Shown here one piece after another: positions 11,720-23,510 of a stretch of 64,000 nucleotides of DNA. Every line of letters starts with the position of its first letter. Position 1 is the stretch's first letter. A program made the translations under genes and the position numbers. The stretch comes from Selaginella moellendorffii (lineage: Eukaryota > Plantae > Lycopodiophyta): the NCBI RefSeq assembly GCF_000143415.4, contig NW_003314396.1, positions 38,895 through 102,894 of the forward strand, written 5' to 3'. The notes beneath the pieces are model-generated. The model worked only from the letters and a program-made list of their open reading frames with translations. It had not been told where the DNA came from and did no database searches.

Positions 11720-14261
11720 ATTCTTGTAAACATGACTGCTTTGACTCCATAGTCAATGTGGGTAAAGGAAAGCTCAAGGGTATATTAAAGGGTGAACTTA
11801 CCCTAGAGCTCATAGTGGAGCAGCAGCACAGTGGAGCTCTTTGAGGTAGCTCAGGGGTGGTTAGCTGGTGAGGAACCTCAAGAGGAGGTGTAGCATAGTT
11901 TAGGGAGACTAGATCTTTATCTTTTAGCACTAGGTCCTAGCATTGGTATCAGAAAAGCTGGTTGCGATGGGGAATCCTATTGTCAATGGTAGTGTTGATG
12001 ATAGTGCCGACAAAGGTGTAGAGGTTTGGACTATTCAAGATGTTCATGAGCTGTGAGCCCTTGATCAAAATCAGCTAAAGATGCAAGATGAGATGCATGG
12101 CATGATGGATACCATGCATGAGTGTGTTGAGGCACTCAAGGCTGAGTGCCATTAGTGCTTCAAGTAAGACTTCCTTGGTGGATCAACTTAAGATTCCAAC
12201 TTTTTTTAGTGATGGTGGTATGGACAAATGTCTAGCTTGGTTCAAATTTGAGGGGCAAAATTAGAGCCAAATGCAAAGGCTCTAGTGGTTATTCTAATAA
12301 TTTTGCATGATGCAGACTTTCGATGGTGGAATTGGCTTGAGGAGTCTCATATTGCTGATAAGAAACCATTAGTGTCTATCATGAATGAGTTTGAGGCTAC
12401 TTTTCATTTATATTTTGCCCCTCACTACAACATGGAGAATACTCATATGGAACTTTGATATTTCTATTAAAAAAATGTTGCTTGAGGATTATAATGAGAA
12501 TCTTACTTGCTTGATTAAGAAAGGATCCAGATCAGAACAAGACCTACTTCATTGATGGCCTTTATAGTAAGCATGCAGCAACACTTGTGTTATTCTTAGC
12601 ATATAAAGAGTTTGGAGGAGCTCTTTGATGTGGCTTATCAACTTAACAATGACAAACATAAGTCTTGCAAGCGTTCAAAGAGTCTTTATATCGAGAATTG
12701 TAGTGATATCATTGTGGACATAAGGATGGGAACAAACATTACAAACTAAAGTCTATGGTGACTACAAAAGAAGCAAAAGTTCTTCATGAATGTAGCGCAC
12801 GTGGTTTTGACCCTTTATCCTATAGTGATTTACCATAGGATAACACCACGAAGCGGAACCTAAACCCTCTTTGTGCCACATGACAGATGCCACGTGTCCA
12901 TGCTACGTGTCCATAGGAACCCGAGGTTCAGGGCCTTGGGCCACTGAACGAAGGAACGGTGCCAAACTCCCAAGCGTGGAGCCAAGGAGTGATGGAACCG
13001 GACCACGGAGCAAATCCCGAGCATATAGCCCAAGGAGCGAAGGGACAGGAGCCCGGAGCGACTTGGAACAGTCTTGGAGCAACCAGCATCCCAATGCCAG
13101 GACCAGCACACAAAACGGAGCCAAACGGAGTCTGGCGCTATTTCGGCATACCGGTGGCCTAACGTGAGGATATGGGTACTCCACCAGCTAGCATGGAATG
13201 GAACTTGAGCTTAGACCCAAGCCGGATGCAGAACAAGGAAAGGCACGCAAGCGGGAGCTAGACTATGCCTCAGGTTGGTCAGCCATGCCCGACCTACCCA
13301 CTATCCCTACTATACATTTAGAACCCCCCATAGCCCCCCCCCCCCCCCCCCCCCCTTGAGGAACACACGCTTTGGGCTTTCACCCCAAGCCTCCCTTAGT
13401 ATCAGGAGTTAGTCTCTGGGACAAGCTCGAAACTTACTAAATATGGAATGTCCCTAGATTGCGAATTTGGACATGGGACGAACACCATTGTGTTCAGGAT
13501 GATCTCTACATTCCATAGATATGCCAAATGAGCAAATCTGGACACTTTCCATAAATAGCATTTGGGACCGAATTGAGACTAACGCTAAGGGCATGATAGC
13601 GAGGGTGTTTGGCAGACACGGTAAGCTATCATCTAGCGATATTGAGGGACCAAGCTCAATATCGCGGGGGTTCCCAACACTAGCAAGTGCAAGCCAACAT
13701 CATGAGTTTTTTATCACCGTGTCAAGTCTGCTTGACTAAATGACAACTTAGGATTTCCTTCCTTAGTGCCCTTCCGGTCTAAGTGCACATGTGATGACCA
13801 GTTTCTCAACTAGCTTAGGCGGAGACTAATAACGGGCCCAGCAATACCGACCTCCTACCATCGTGGTAGTAAGGTAAGAGTGTCTGTAAGGACTAGCCGA
13901 CAGGTAACTTTCGATACCCGAAGTCACATTCGCGACAATGAAGAATTATAGTCAAGGTTGTCATCATTATGGTGAGCTTAGACATTACAGAAAAGCTTGA
14001 GGATAAGTTTCCACATGTAAAGCTCTATCTTGTCTTGTTTTCCTACAAATATCTTACAATGGATGATAATTCCTGAATATATTGGTGTGTGGTTTTCTTG
14101 ATTTTATTTGTTGTAGACTAAGTTGAAGATTTTTTCTTGAATCTTGAGAGGCAAATTCTTGAGTGCCTTCGAGAGTCTTTTTGTATTCTGCATTCAAAGA
14201 TAAGAAATGTCATGGTTGCAATTTATTTGATTTTCCCATCTTCTTCTTCTAATTCTATTAT
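11720..14261 (+). mobile_element. Highly decayed LTR retroelement (PBS plus gag-like relic), interrupted by a solo LTR
   Basis: Met-tRNA PBS TGGTATCAGA at 11944 after ...CA, followed by decayed gag-like sequence. Outer borders are approximate. Confidence 0.45.
12791..13937 (+). mobile_element. Solo LTR, family C
   Basis: Termini TGTAGCG...CGCGACA; 5-bp TSD ATGAA at 12786-12790 and 13938-13942. Confidence 0.88.
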
Positions 14262-14454
14262 TGTAGCGCACATGCTTTTCACCCTATCCTATGGTGATTT
14301 ACCATAGGATAACACCATGAAGCAGAACCTAAACCCTCCATGTGCCATGTGTCATATGCCATGTGTCCATAGGATAGTGGTGTGGAACCCAAGGTTCAAG
14401 GCCTTGGGCCACTGAACGAAGGAACGGTGCCAAACTCCCAAACATGGAGCCAAG
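14262..14454 (+). mobile_element. Family C LTR 5' fragment, interrupted by a family A LTR
   Basis: Starts TGTAGCGCAC and matches 12791-12985. Confidence 0.85.
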
Positions 14455-16157
14455 TGTAAGGAACCGACTCCCCGAGATGTTGTAGGCTAAAGGATCCCCA
14501 AAAGCTTGACCAAAATGACAAAGAGTTCATCGGATGGGACCAAGTCGAGGATCGAGTCCAAGACCGACTCTAGGACCAAGTTCGAGATAGAGTCCGGAAT
14601 CGAGTCCGAGACCGACTCGGGGACCGAGTTCGAGTCCGAGTTCGAGACCGAGTTCGATACGGAGTCCGAGATCTGAAATCGGGTCCGAGACCGAGTCCGA
14701 GGTCGAGTCCGAGGTCGGGTCCGAGATCGGGTCCGAGATCGAGTCTGAGATCGAGTCCGAGACCGAATCCGAAGTCGGATCCGAAATCGGGTCCGAGATC
14801 GAGCCAGAGACTAAGTCCAAATACTAATACGGGTCAAGGGGTGAAAGCCCAAAGCGTGCGTCTCCCAAGGGGGGGGGGGGGCTGCAAGGGGTTCCAAAAG
14901 TATAGTAGGGATAGTGAGGTCCAGGAACCAGTTTTGAAGGGACTCTCCAGTTGGGCTTCCAAACCGACTTGAGGTTGAGACTGGGACCGAGGGGCCTTGG
15001 GTGGGAGTGAGCATGGACTTGGCTGGTGCCGGAGGGGCCATCCAAGGAAGTACTCAAGAGCAGCTCCCACTCCCGAAAGGGAAACCGACTGCGGTGCTCC
15101 CGGCTCAGGTGGAGTGGTGCCCCACTTGAGTACCTTGTGGCTCATTGGTCCTCGCCCTTCCGGGGGCTTGGGTCTTCCCTTCGGGATGGAAGAGGGGGGG
15201 GGTAGAGGTACCCATACCGGGCCGTTAGGCCACGGTGTTTCGCCCCGACGTCCCGAAGCAAGTGCTGCACCCAAGACTTGGGATTTAGAGGGTCCCATGA
15301 TCAAGTCTTGTGGTACCAAGGAGTGTTAGGAATCTGGAGGCTTGGTGTGCTTGGCTGCTTGTGCCTGCGGGGAGTGTAGCCGAACCTTAAGTCCAGTCTA
15401 ACCCGGGGAGGGGGATTGGGAGAGATTTGGGAATCCGTAGATGGATGGCTAACACTCCGGTGCTCGTGCAGTGAGTAGCAAGCCGGACTAACGGTGTAGC
15501 AGCTAGGCGAACCAAGGATTATAGAGTTTGTTCAAGGTAGCCAAAGCATCGATGAGGTACTTCGACAAGCGAGAGTCGAAGTAGGGACATGAAAAGTGGA
15601 CATGGATTTCACCGTGTTGGACATGGCGGGATTTGATGTGATCTTCGGAATGGATTGGTTCAATCGGTTCGTGGTAGCCCTGCATGGACAACGTAGAAAC
15701 CTTGTCATACTGGTGAATGCCTAAAGAAGAAGATGTAGGGTGGAGGCCCAAGATCTAAAGGTAGGGCAAAGCAAGGCCAAAGATTCCTGCTTAAACCTGG
15801 TGTCCACGAGAGGACAACTCACTAGAAGAACTAAGGCAGCATTTTTGTGCTTACTCTCGGTGAAGAGTGACAAAAAGACAGGAATGGAAGAAGTACCTTT
15901 AGTGATCCAGCGGGTGTTGGACCAATTCCAGGATACCATGCCGGAGGAGCTACCGGCGGGGCTACCCCCAGCACGACCGATAGAACATAAGATTGAGCTG
16001 GTCGAGGGTGCTGAGGCAGTGGTTCGTCCCCCTTATCATTTGAACGAAAAAGAACTCAAGGAGCTCAAGGGCCAACTAGAGGAGTTGGTGGACAAAGGGT
16101 ATGTTAGGTTGAGCAAGTCGCCGTATGGGGTGCCAGTGTTATTTGTGAAAAAGAAAG
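14455..16157 (+). mobile_element. Ty3/gypsy family A deletion derivative (partial LTR fused to protease-RT region)
   Basis: 14455-~15479 is the reverse complement of LTR 35128-34107, then jumps to pol sequence matching 32541-31863. Confidence 0.9.
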
Positions 16158-17868
16158 TGTAAGCGACTAATTTTTCCATTCTACTTTAGTCACTTAACCA
16201 CACCTTCGACCACTTGGAGGAGTCTCACTCACAACCTTCTTAAGTCCAATTCAAGGCTTGGGACTTACTAGCCCCGAGAATGGCATCTATGCCACTCATC
16301 CCTTGCACTTAGTCCAAGTGCTCCACATGTCCGATCCCAAGACCGACACCCCAAGGTACCACCGACATACTAGCCCATTACGCTAAGGCCATGCCCCTTT
16401 ACCTTAGTCATATTAGTGGTCTAACACCACCTGCATCACAACCCCGTCTCTCAAGGACTGGACCATCCGTCCATGAGTGATCATTCCAGATCCACTCCTT
16501 AGCATCCTTAGGATACCCACAGACGTGGGGAATAGCCTTCCCCAATATCCCTTTTCTGGTCCCCACCAAGTCCCTTTCTGCCCACGGCCGTGATCACCAA
16601 CACTACCACTGAATCGAGGCCCACCGGCCCGACCACTAAGTCCCACGGTCCTCTGGGACTTCCTCACCACACGACTGTGTCCTTGGTCACTACCCCAGAG
16701 GACTGCTCCTTTTCCTTTCCACAGTCTGGGCCTTTGGGACAACATTTCAGAGCACCGTGGCCTTACACGAGCCACCTGGGTACTCTCCCGGCCTTTTGCC
16801 TTTAGGTGCTCTAGCCATAGGCTTAGAGCAAGGTTCCATTGAGCCATACCTGGTATCCAAGCAGGTAGTGCCACCCACACTTGGACTGGGAGCATCGGCC
16901 AGTCGATCTCCCGGGGGAACTAGAGCCGGCTCTTGAACACTTCACCAAGCTACCCCGCTTGTCGGTCTGTATTCACTCTAGTCTTGGACTTCCTAGTGGT
17001 CAGTTCATCACTCAACACTAGGTCTGGCCTTCTTGGGCCAAACTGGCCTTTCCTGGCCAAACTGGCCTTTCCTGGCCAAACTGGCTCCACTGCAATCCTC
17101 CCCCTTACTATACTTTTGGAGCTCACCAAACCCCCCAAGGTCTGGGAGATGAACGCTTTGGGCTTTCACCCTCTCAGACTCAAACTCGAACTCGAACTCG
17201 GACTCGGACTTGGGCTCGGGCTCAGTCTCGGCCTGGGCCTTGGTCTCGGTCTCGGTCCCGGTCTCGACCTCGGACTCCATCTTGGGTCCTTCTCGGACTC
17301 CATCTCGGACTCCGTCTCGGTCCATCTCGGACTCCATCTCGGGTCCATCTCGGACTCTGTCTCGGTCCATCTCGGGCTCCATCTCGGGTCCATCTCAGAC
17401 TCCGTCTCGGTCCATCTCGGACTCCATCTCTGGTCCATCTCGAACTCCATCTCGGACTCCATCTCGGGTCCATCTCGGTGTAGGCCATCACCCAACACTA
17501 AGTACAGCTTTCCTGGGCCAAACTGGCCTTTCCTGGCCAAATTGGCTCCACTGCAATCCTCCCCCTTACTATACTTTTGGAGCTCACCAAACCCCCCAGG
17601 GTCTGGGAGACGAATGCTTTGGGCTTTCATCCTCTCAGACTCGAACTCGGACTCGGACTCGGACTCGGACTCGGACTCGGACTCGGACTCGGACTCGGAC
17701 TCGGACTCGGACTCGGGCTCGATCTCGGCCTCCGCCTCGGTCTCGGTCTCGGTCTCGGTCCCGGTCTAGGTCTCGGTCTCGGTCCCGGTCTTGGTCTCGG
17801 TCTCGGTCTTGGTCCCGGTCTCGGTCTCGACCTCGGACTTCATCTCGGGTCTTTCTCGAACTCCATCT
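16158..17868 (-). mobile_element. Family B LTR, partial, with an internal duplication and CTCGGN arrays
   Basis: TGTAAGCGACTAA at 16158 is the reverse complement of the LTR end at 63418; colinear with 61900-63418. Confidence 0.88.
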
Positions 17869-18225
17869 CAAAATTCAACTGCATTGAGGCACATGCCATT
17901 TTATTTTAAACAAGGAAATGTCTACTCAATCACTTCTCCTCCCCCTGCCACTGCTTCACCTCTCTCTTCTCCTTGTCATCGTTGTCCAATTTCTTTCCAT
18001 CCTTTTAATATTGGCTCAGTTGCTCCGAGTCTAGGTGGAGCCCAAGTCCCCATTCAATCTTTACTTTCCCCTTATTAATAAAACAACTTTGTAGACTTCC
18101 AATAACATGCTGTAACACTTCTAGTATAATGCAAATCCTCTCAAAGAATTGTCTTTTAATATTAATACAATGGCATGGAACCCCATGCCATAATAAGTTA
18201 CATTTTTAAATAAATACATGCCATC

Positions 18226-19110
18226 TCAGACTGTTATTTTTTGCCTCCAACGCCTATACAATAATCTTGGAATTTCATCACTCTCCACACTATCAGGATT
18301 TAAACCCAATAGTAATGCCATCTCTTCTCTAATACGTCCACGCTCATGTTCAGTGGTCGAAGAACCCATCCGGTTGAGCAGATTATGGAGATGCGGATAG
18401 TGCTTGGCTAGACAATATACATGCCATAAATGATGACTGGTGTCTGTCCGATCAAATGGCTTCTGATATACCGTTCCATCTGCCATTTGGTTGATTTCTG
18501 CAGCCACCTCCTGGACTGGCCGGTTCTCTATCACCATCGCTCCAAGCCGTTTTGCAAGGTCCCCCAGAACATACGGTTTCTTCTCCCTAGTTTCCATACT
18601 GCAAGAGATGGGGTGCACTGCATATGTGTGCGTGTTCGCTGCAGTTTTAATCGGCGAGTCATCGATGATGAGGATTTCACTTGAGCTAGCAGTCCGGTTC
18701 ATCACTACAGCCTCTGGCTTGACGAAGATGGGCTTGCTACCCCTCACATGGACCATAGTCAAGCAATCCTCCTGCGTTAGGAGAAAGTCAAATGGTAATA
18801 TTACTCGCGTCTGATCGTGCATCATCTGTAGCAACGTTAATGCATTGTGGCGCATCATGGATGTCCAAACTCCCAATTGCAAATTGAACCCGGCCCTCTG
18901 TTTTAAGTGTCGCATGGTCATTATTAGATCCCGCAGTTTCTCCCGTGTGATTAATGTGAATCTGTCTCTTTTGACCAACTTGCGACCGCAGGCTTTGGAG
19001 GGTGCAATGACATTTGAGGACGAGCCACGCTCATGGGAGAAAAGGACACCGTTCAGATCAAAAACGATACAGTACCTTCGCCGTGACTCTGAAATGAAAT
19101 GCGTCAGCAT
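18226..19110 (-). CDS. FCP1/NIF-like HAD-superfamily phosphatase domain (last exon of the cargo gene)
   Basis: CIVFDLNGVL, LGVWTSM, FLLTQEDC, IFVK and ILIIDDSPIK motifs. Confidence 0.8.
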   Translation of the reverse strand: MLTHFISESRRRYCIVFDLNGVLFSHERGSSSNVIAPSKACGRKLVKRDRFTLITREKLRDLIMTMRHLKQRAGFNLQLGVWTSMMRHNALTLLQMMHDQTRVILPFDFLLTQEDCLTMVHVRGSKPIFVKPEAVVMNRTASSSEILIIDDSPIKTAANTHTYAVHPISCSMETREKKPYVLGDLAKRLGAMVIENRPVQEVAAEINQMADGTVYQKPFDRTDTSHHLWHVYCLAKHYPHLHNLLNRMGSSTTEHERGRIREEMALLLGLNPDSVESDEIPRLLYRRWRQKITV

Positions 19111-22100
19111 AAAAAATGGTACAAGTCAATTTTACCATCTACAATATTAGCGAATGTTGCTCCCGATGGTCGTTGAGAGGGTTTTGGTCGAGGAAACGTG
19201 AAGGGCGGAAATACTCTCCTCTGCAATGTGGGGTCAATCGCATCCGATGGCGTGTGGGCACATGCCATTTCAGCTGTAGACTCTGGTACAACTGGCTCAA
19301 CAGTGGCATGGGGTGGTTCCGATGGCGTGTGATCACACGCCATTTCAGCTGGTGCCTCCGTTGGCAAAGTGGACATGACCGAACAGGCAGCAGGGGCGGT
19401 GTAGGGAGGTTCCAACGGCGCGTAGTCAGACAATTGGGCACACGTTGAGTCCGTTGGAAATGAGGATACGACCGGCTCGGCGGCTGGGGCGGCCTCATGT
19501 GGGTCCAATGGCGCCTGGTCACCGTCAGTTGGATACGTGGACAAGATTGACTCAGTGGTATGGGCAGCATCAAGTGGAGCGTGGTCAGCTTGCTTGGCGT
19601 TGATATGGATAGTAGCCTCCACCAGCTCTGATGACTCTTGCAGCCAAGTAGAGTCCACTGGCGGATCCATATGCATGTCCAAATATCTCCCTTCGATTGA
19701 GATGGTATCCTCCCGTGCTACTAAAAACAAAATCATTAGCACATTAAATCGACTATACTGTATTTACCATCAACTGCTATTGAGGAACTAGGACCGATAT
19801 CACTTGAGCGCACTGCTGATTTTGAAGGATTGGACATACGTTTCGACCCTTGCTTGGCACTATCCTTCCTCGACACTAAAGGCTAGAGTTTGTAAATTCA
19901 ACTGAATAATCTCTACTTACCATTTGCTCTGCGACCTACATGGACAATGTTAGAAATGGTAAAAGGTTAGGAATGGATGTATTATTATTTACCTGATGGT
20001 TTGTCTTGTATGACCTTCCTCTGCCGCTCTTTGGCCACCTCAGGCTGGCCATCGTCGTCATCATCGTCATCGTTGTTATTGTGATCGTCACCATTGTGAG
20101 GACCATCCAAGTCCTCTTCGTCCTCCTCTTCTTTGTCCTCCTCTTCGTCCTTTTGCTCTTCCTGCTCATTATCTTTCTCTGGCTCCTCATCCCCCTCCTA
20201 TATTTCTTCCATAGGCTGCTCAGGCTGGATGGCTTGTTCTTCCAGGACCATCTTGGGAAAATCATCTGGCCGAGTCTCCATCTCAAAATACAAGACATCC
20301 ATAGCCTGTTTTAGTGCGTGACCTAGGACCGTATCCTCACCCGACTGTCTTAACATGGTTTCTGCACGTTCTTGCACCCTTCGAAGACGACGAGATGAGA
20401 AAAACGTGGCCCTGCCTTGAAAAGCTTCCCTCATCCATTGTACCTCTCCATTGAGATTGGGGAAGGGGAGTCCGCCATAGGAATCTGAGTCATGAGGTGG
20501 TGACTGCCTGCTTTCACTCAGCCCTTGATCTGCAATGAATGGCATGAGCACACACGCCATAACCGCGAGGCATTACCTATCATCTTTTCAATGCCCTTGT
20601 TCCTTTTCGAATCAAACGCCTCTGATCTTGACGACTGTCCAACGTGCTTTCGCTTTTTATGACCACTGTCAGTTTGAGCTTGGCTGGTGCTTGCCTGTTT
20701 TGCCTTTGGAGAAGTTTCTCCTGCAAGGAATGGCATGAGACCACACGCCATTGAAAATATAATTTGTACCTCCTTTTTTCCTATTGCTTTTCTGTTTGTC
20801 CTTCTTCGATGCGCCACCAGTGCGCTTTTCAGTCCTCGTGTCTGAATATTCACAACGATCTATAATCAAAATGGCGTGAGGCCTCACGTGACCTTACCTT
20901 GTGCAGGTTGTGAGCTCGGCCCAACATGAGTATCTTCAACAGTAGCTGTTAACGCCGTTTCAGCATCTGGGGGTGGCCACGCTCCTGCATACAGAGCTTG
21001 TGAGATAACATTTAAACTTAAAGTGCGTACTCACCAGGTTCGCAGAGAAGATACTGTTTTTCTTTGGCAACTGTAATTATATGCTCCATTGAAGTCCCCT
21101 CTTCAATGGAGTTTGTCACCGCAACACACGGGACACCCCTGAGTAGTGCGGCTCGAAAGAATAGTCCGCCGCAGTTGTACTCGACAACGCATTTGCCCTT
21201 GGAGTCGGAAGCAGGTGACCCACCCGCTATTGCGTTGAAGACCCAGCTGAGCATTTCCCATGCTGCACCTGGAGCTTTCTTTGGATTCGAAAGCTCCATA
21301 GCCGTCTTCAGTTCCTCAGGCACGGGTAAATTGACCTCCCTCAGATCAATTCGATTGGCCTTGTCGAACGAAGCTGGGAAGTCACTCCAGTCCCACTCTG
21401 CTGCAGGACCAATAACAAGGGCGAGTGTGAAGATGCGGACATTCGTCGGTATCTTCTTCTTAGCCATTATCCCATGGATCTCCCGCATCTCCTTGCCTTT
21501 CAACCGAGCCTTCACCTCGTTCAAGGCCTTCCAGAACTTGTGATAGGATTCGGAGTCGTAGATCATATAGTGGACTGAAGATTCCACCTCCGCAAGTCCC
21601 ACCATTAAGTCAATGATGGAGCTGACTTCGTCTGCATGAGTGATCTCCTCGTTTGTGAAGTCCATCACACAAAAGATGTTCTTGACCTGCTCATCTCCGT
21701 GGGAAACGATGCTCCTCCACCTTTGATCCTCATCCGAATTCAAGTATACCCAGTAAGGTTCTCAATAGGCCTCTGCTGCGGGGTCGAGCTGTTTCTGAAG
21801 CCGGCGATCGACATCAATCTTAATGAAATTTGGATACTGATCCAACTTCTCAGCTTTACTTTTCGTGGCATCCCGCAGCAGATCGATGAACTTGGGGGCC
21901 CCCTTCACGTACTCGTCGATGTCTTCATTTGACAACTCCAGCGCTTCCATCATCTCTTGCGTGGTGTCGATGCTCACCCTCTCCACGGCCACTTGCTCGA
22001 AGATCCAATCCTTCAATAGCGCACGAGCTCTCAGAGTCGTGCACAAGTCCTCGTATGTCACAATATGGCCGGGAGTCATTTTGGTCTTGTTGAAGACAAC

Positions 22101-23510
22101 CTCACCACGTAGAAGAGCATTAGCCACTGTCAGAAGGTCGTCGTCGTCTAGAGACCGCGAGAAATGCAAGGCATTGAGCTTCAAATCATTGGGCTTCCGG
22201 CCGTCCTCCACACCCATTGAGTTTGGCAACTCCCTGTCATGGTACCTCCTCAGCACATCTACCCATTTGTCAAAAACAACTTTTGTCGCGAGTAGAATGT
22301 TATGGATGCTGAGTGTGTCATTGACCCCCAGTGTTTTCGAGAGAAGACTCGAGAATTCCTGCAATGGAAATGACGTGAGGCCACATGCTATGCCACATAC
22401 AACGAGGCTTACCTGCCAGGCGCTAGTTGCTAGTGCACGTCCTTGTCCTGGTTTTTGTGGCTTCTTCAGTTGAACCCAGAGCTTCCGTGTTCGTGCCAAT
22501 GTCTCGTGCAGACCCGATTTGTAGCACGTTTCTTGCTTGACATTCTGCGCGTGGGAGATGTATATGATAGATCGGAGGGGCGAGTTGCCTTTTATCAGGC
22601 GGACAACTCTTGTCTTGAAGACTTTCTTCACCTCCTCGCCCACCATAATATCCACAACTATCTTTTGCATCGCCAAGCTAGAATGCTGCCCGGAGACGGC
22701 ATAGAACCGGATGTTCTGATCGTCCAACACCTTCCTATTGATCAAGTCTGGAAACCTCATCTCGCCCTTCATTTTTTGGTAGTAGGGGATCACGTCTGCG
22801 ATGTCGGGTGTTACTGGACTTGCCAGCATCTTCTGCTTCAATTTCTCCACCCACTCATCAGATACTAGCCTGTGGTTGTATTTGCTTTGGATGTCGATAC
22901 GGCTCATGTCGATTGTATATACTTTGTTGGAATAGTAACAAGTACTATTATCTGCGACGATTTTTGCTGCCTCTTCTTGCTCTTTCTGCTCTTTGCGGCT
23001 CTTCTTTTTGGTGGGTGTAGTGTTCGAACCCGAGGCAATGGCATCACTGAGTAGCTTCTTTTTTGGAGCAGGAGAGTCGGACGTCGGCTTGAGCTTGACC
23101 ACCGTTTTCTGCTTCGAGGTAGTTTCCAGATCGACCCCCTTCCCCTTCGCTTCGCGAACTGGAGTCACTCTCAACGGCTCAATGTTGGAATATAGTTTTT
23201 GAACATCGCCGTAGGTGAGGTCCGTGGATTCCATGTGATCTTCATAGACCCGCAGCGTCTTTGAAATTGTGGGCCTCCTGGACAACCTCTCCCTAGCTCC
23301 CTCTAGGAATTCCTCATAGCCGCTGCCCCCCTCCGGGAAGCCGCTAGGATGTGCAAGGTGGATCTTGAAGGCAGACGCTGTCTCTACCACAAGTGCCAGT
23401 CCATATTCTTGCATGGAACTGCATGGAGTGTCTGTCACTTGGATGAGGATCCCCATGCATTCTTTTCTCCCACCATCTGTGTTGTACAGCCTCAGATCCT
23501 CGCCTTCCAT
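18226..23510 (-). pseudogene. Cargo gene copy A: ParB-N-like / MTase-like / linker / FCP1-like HAD protein, spliced, with premature stops
   Basis: The exon chain joins in frame. Nonsense changes at ~21762 (CGA>TGA) and ~20198 (CAG>TAG) relative to the other copies. The start ATG is inferred. Confidence 0.75.

Noticed and set aside
13334-13355. Poly-C tract
   Set aside because: Expansion of the C-run in the shared LTR module; homopolymer length is unreliable.
16933-17909. Long GL/SD/RT/RS-repeat ORFs (also 14527-14820, 34763-35077, 43843-44659, 61637-62695)
   Set aside because: Translations of stop-free hexamer arrays within LTRs, open in several frames on both strands.
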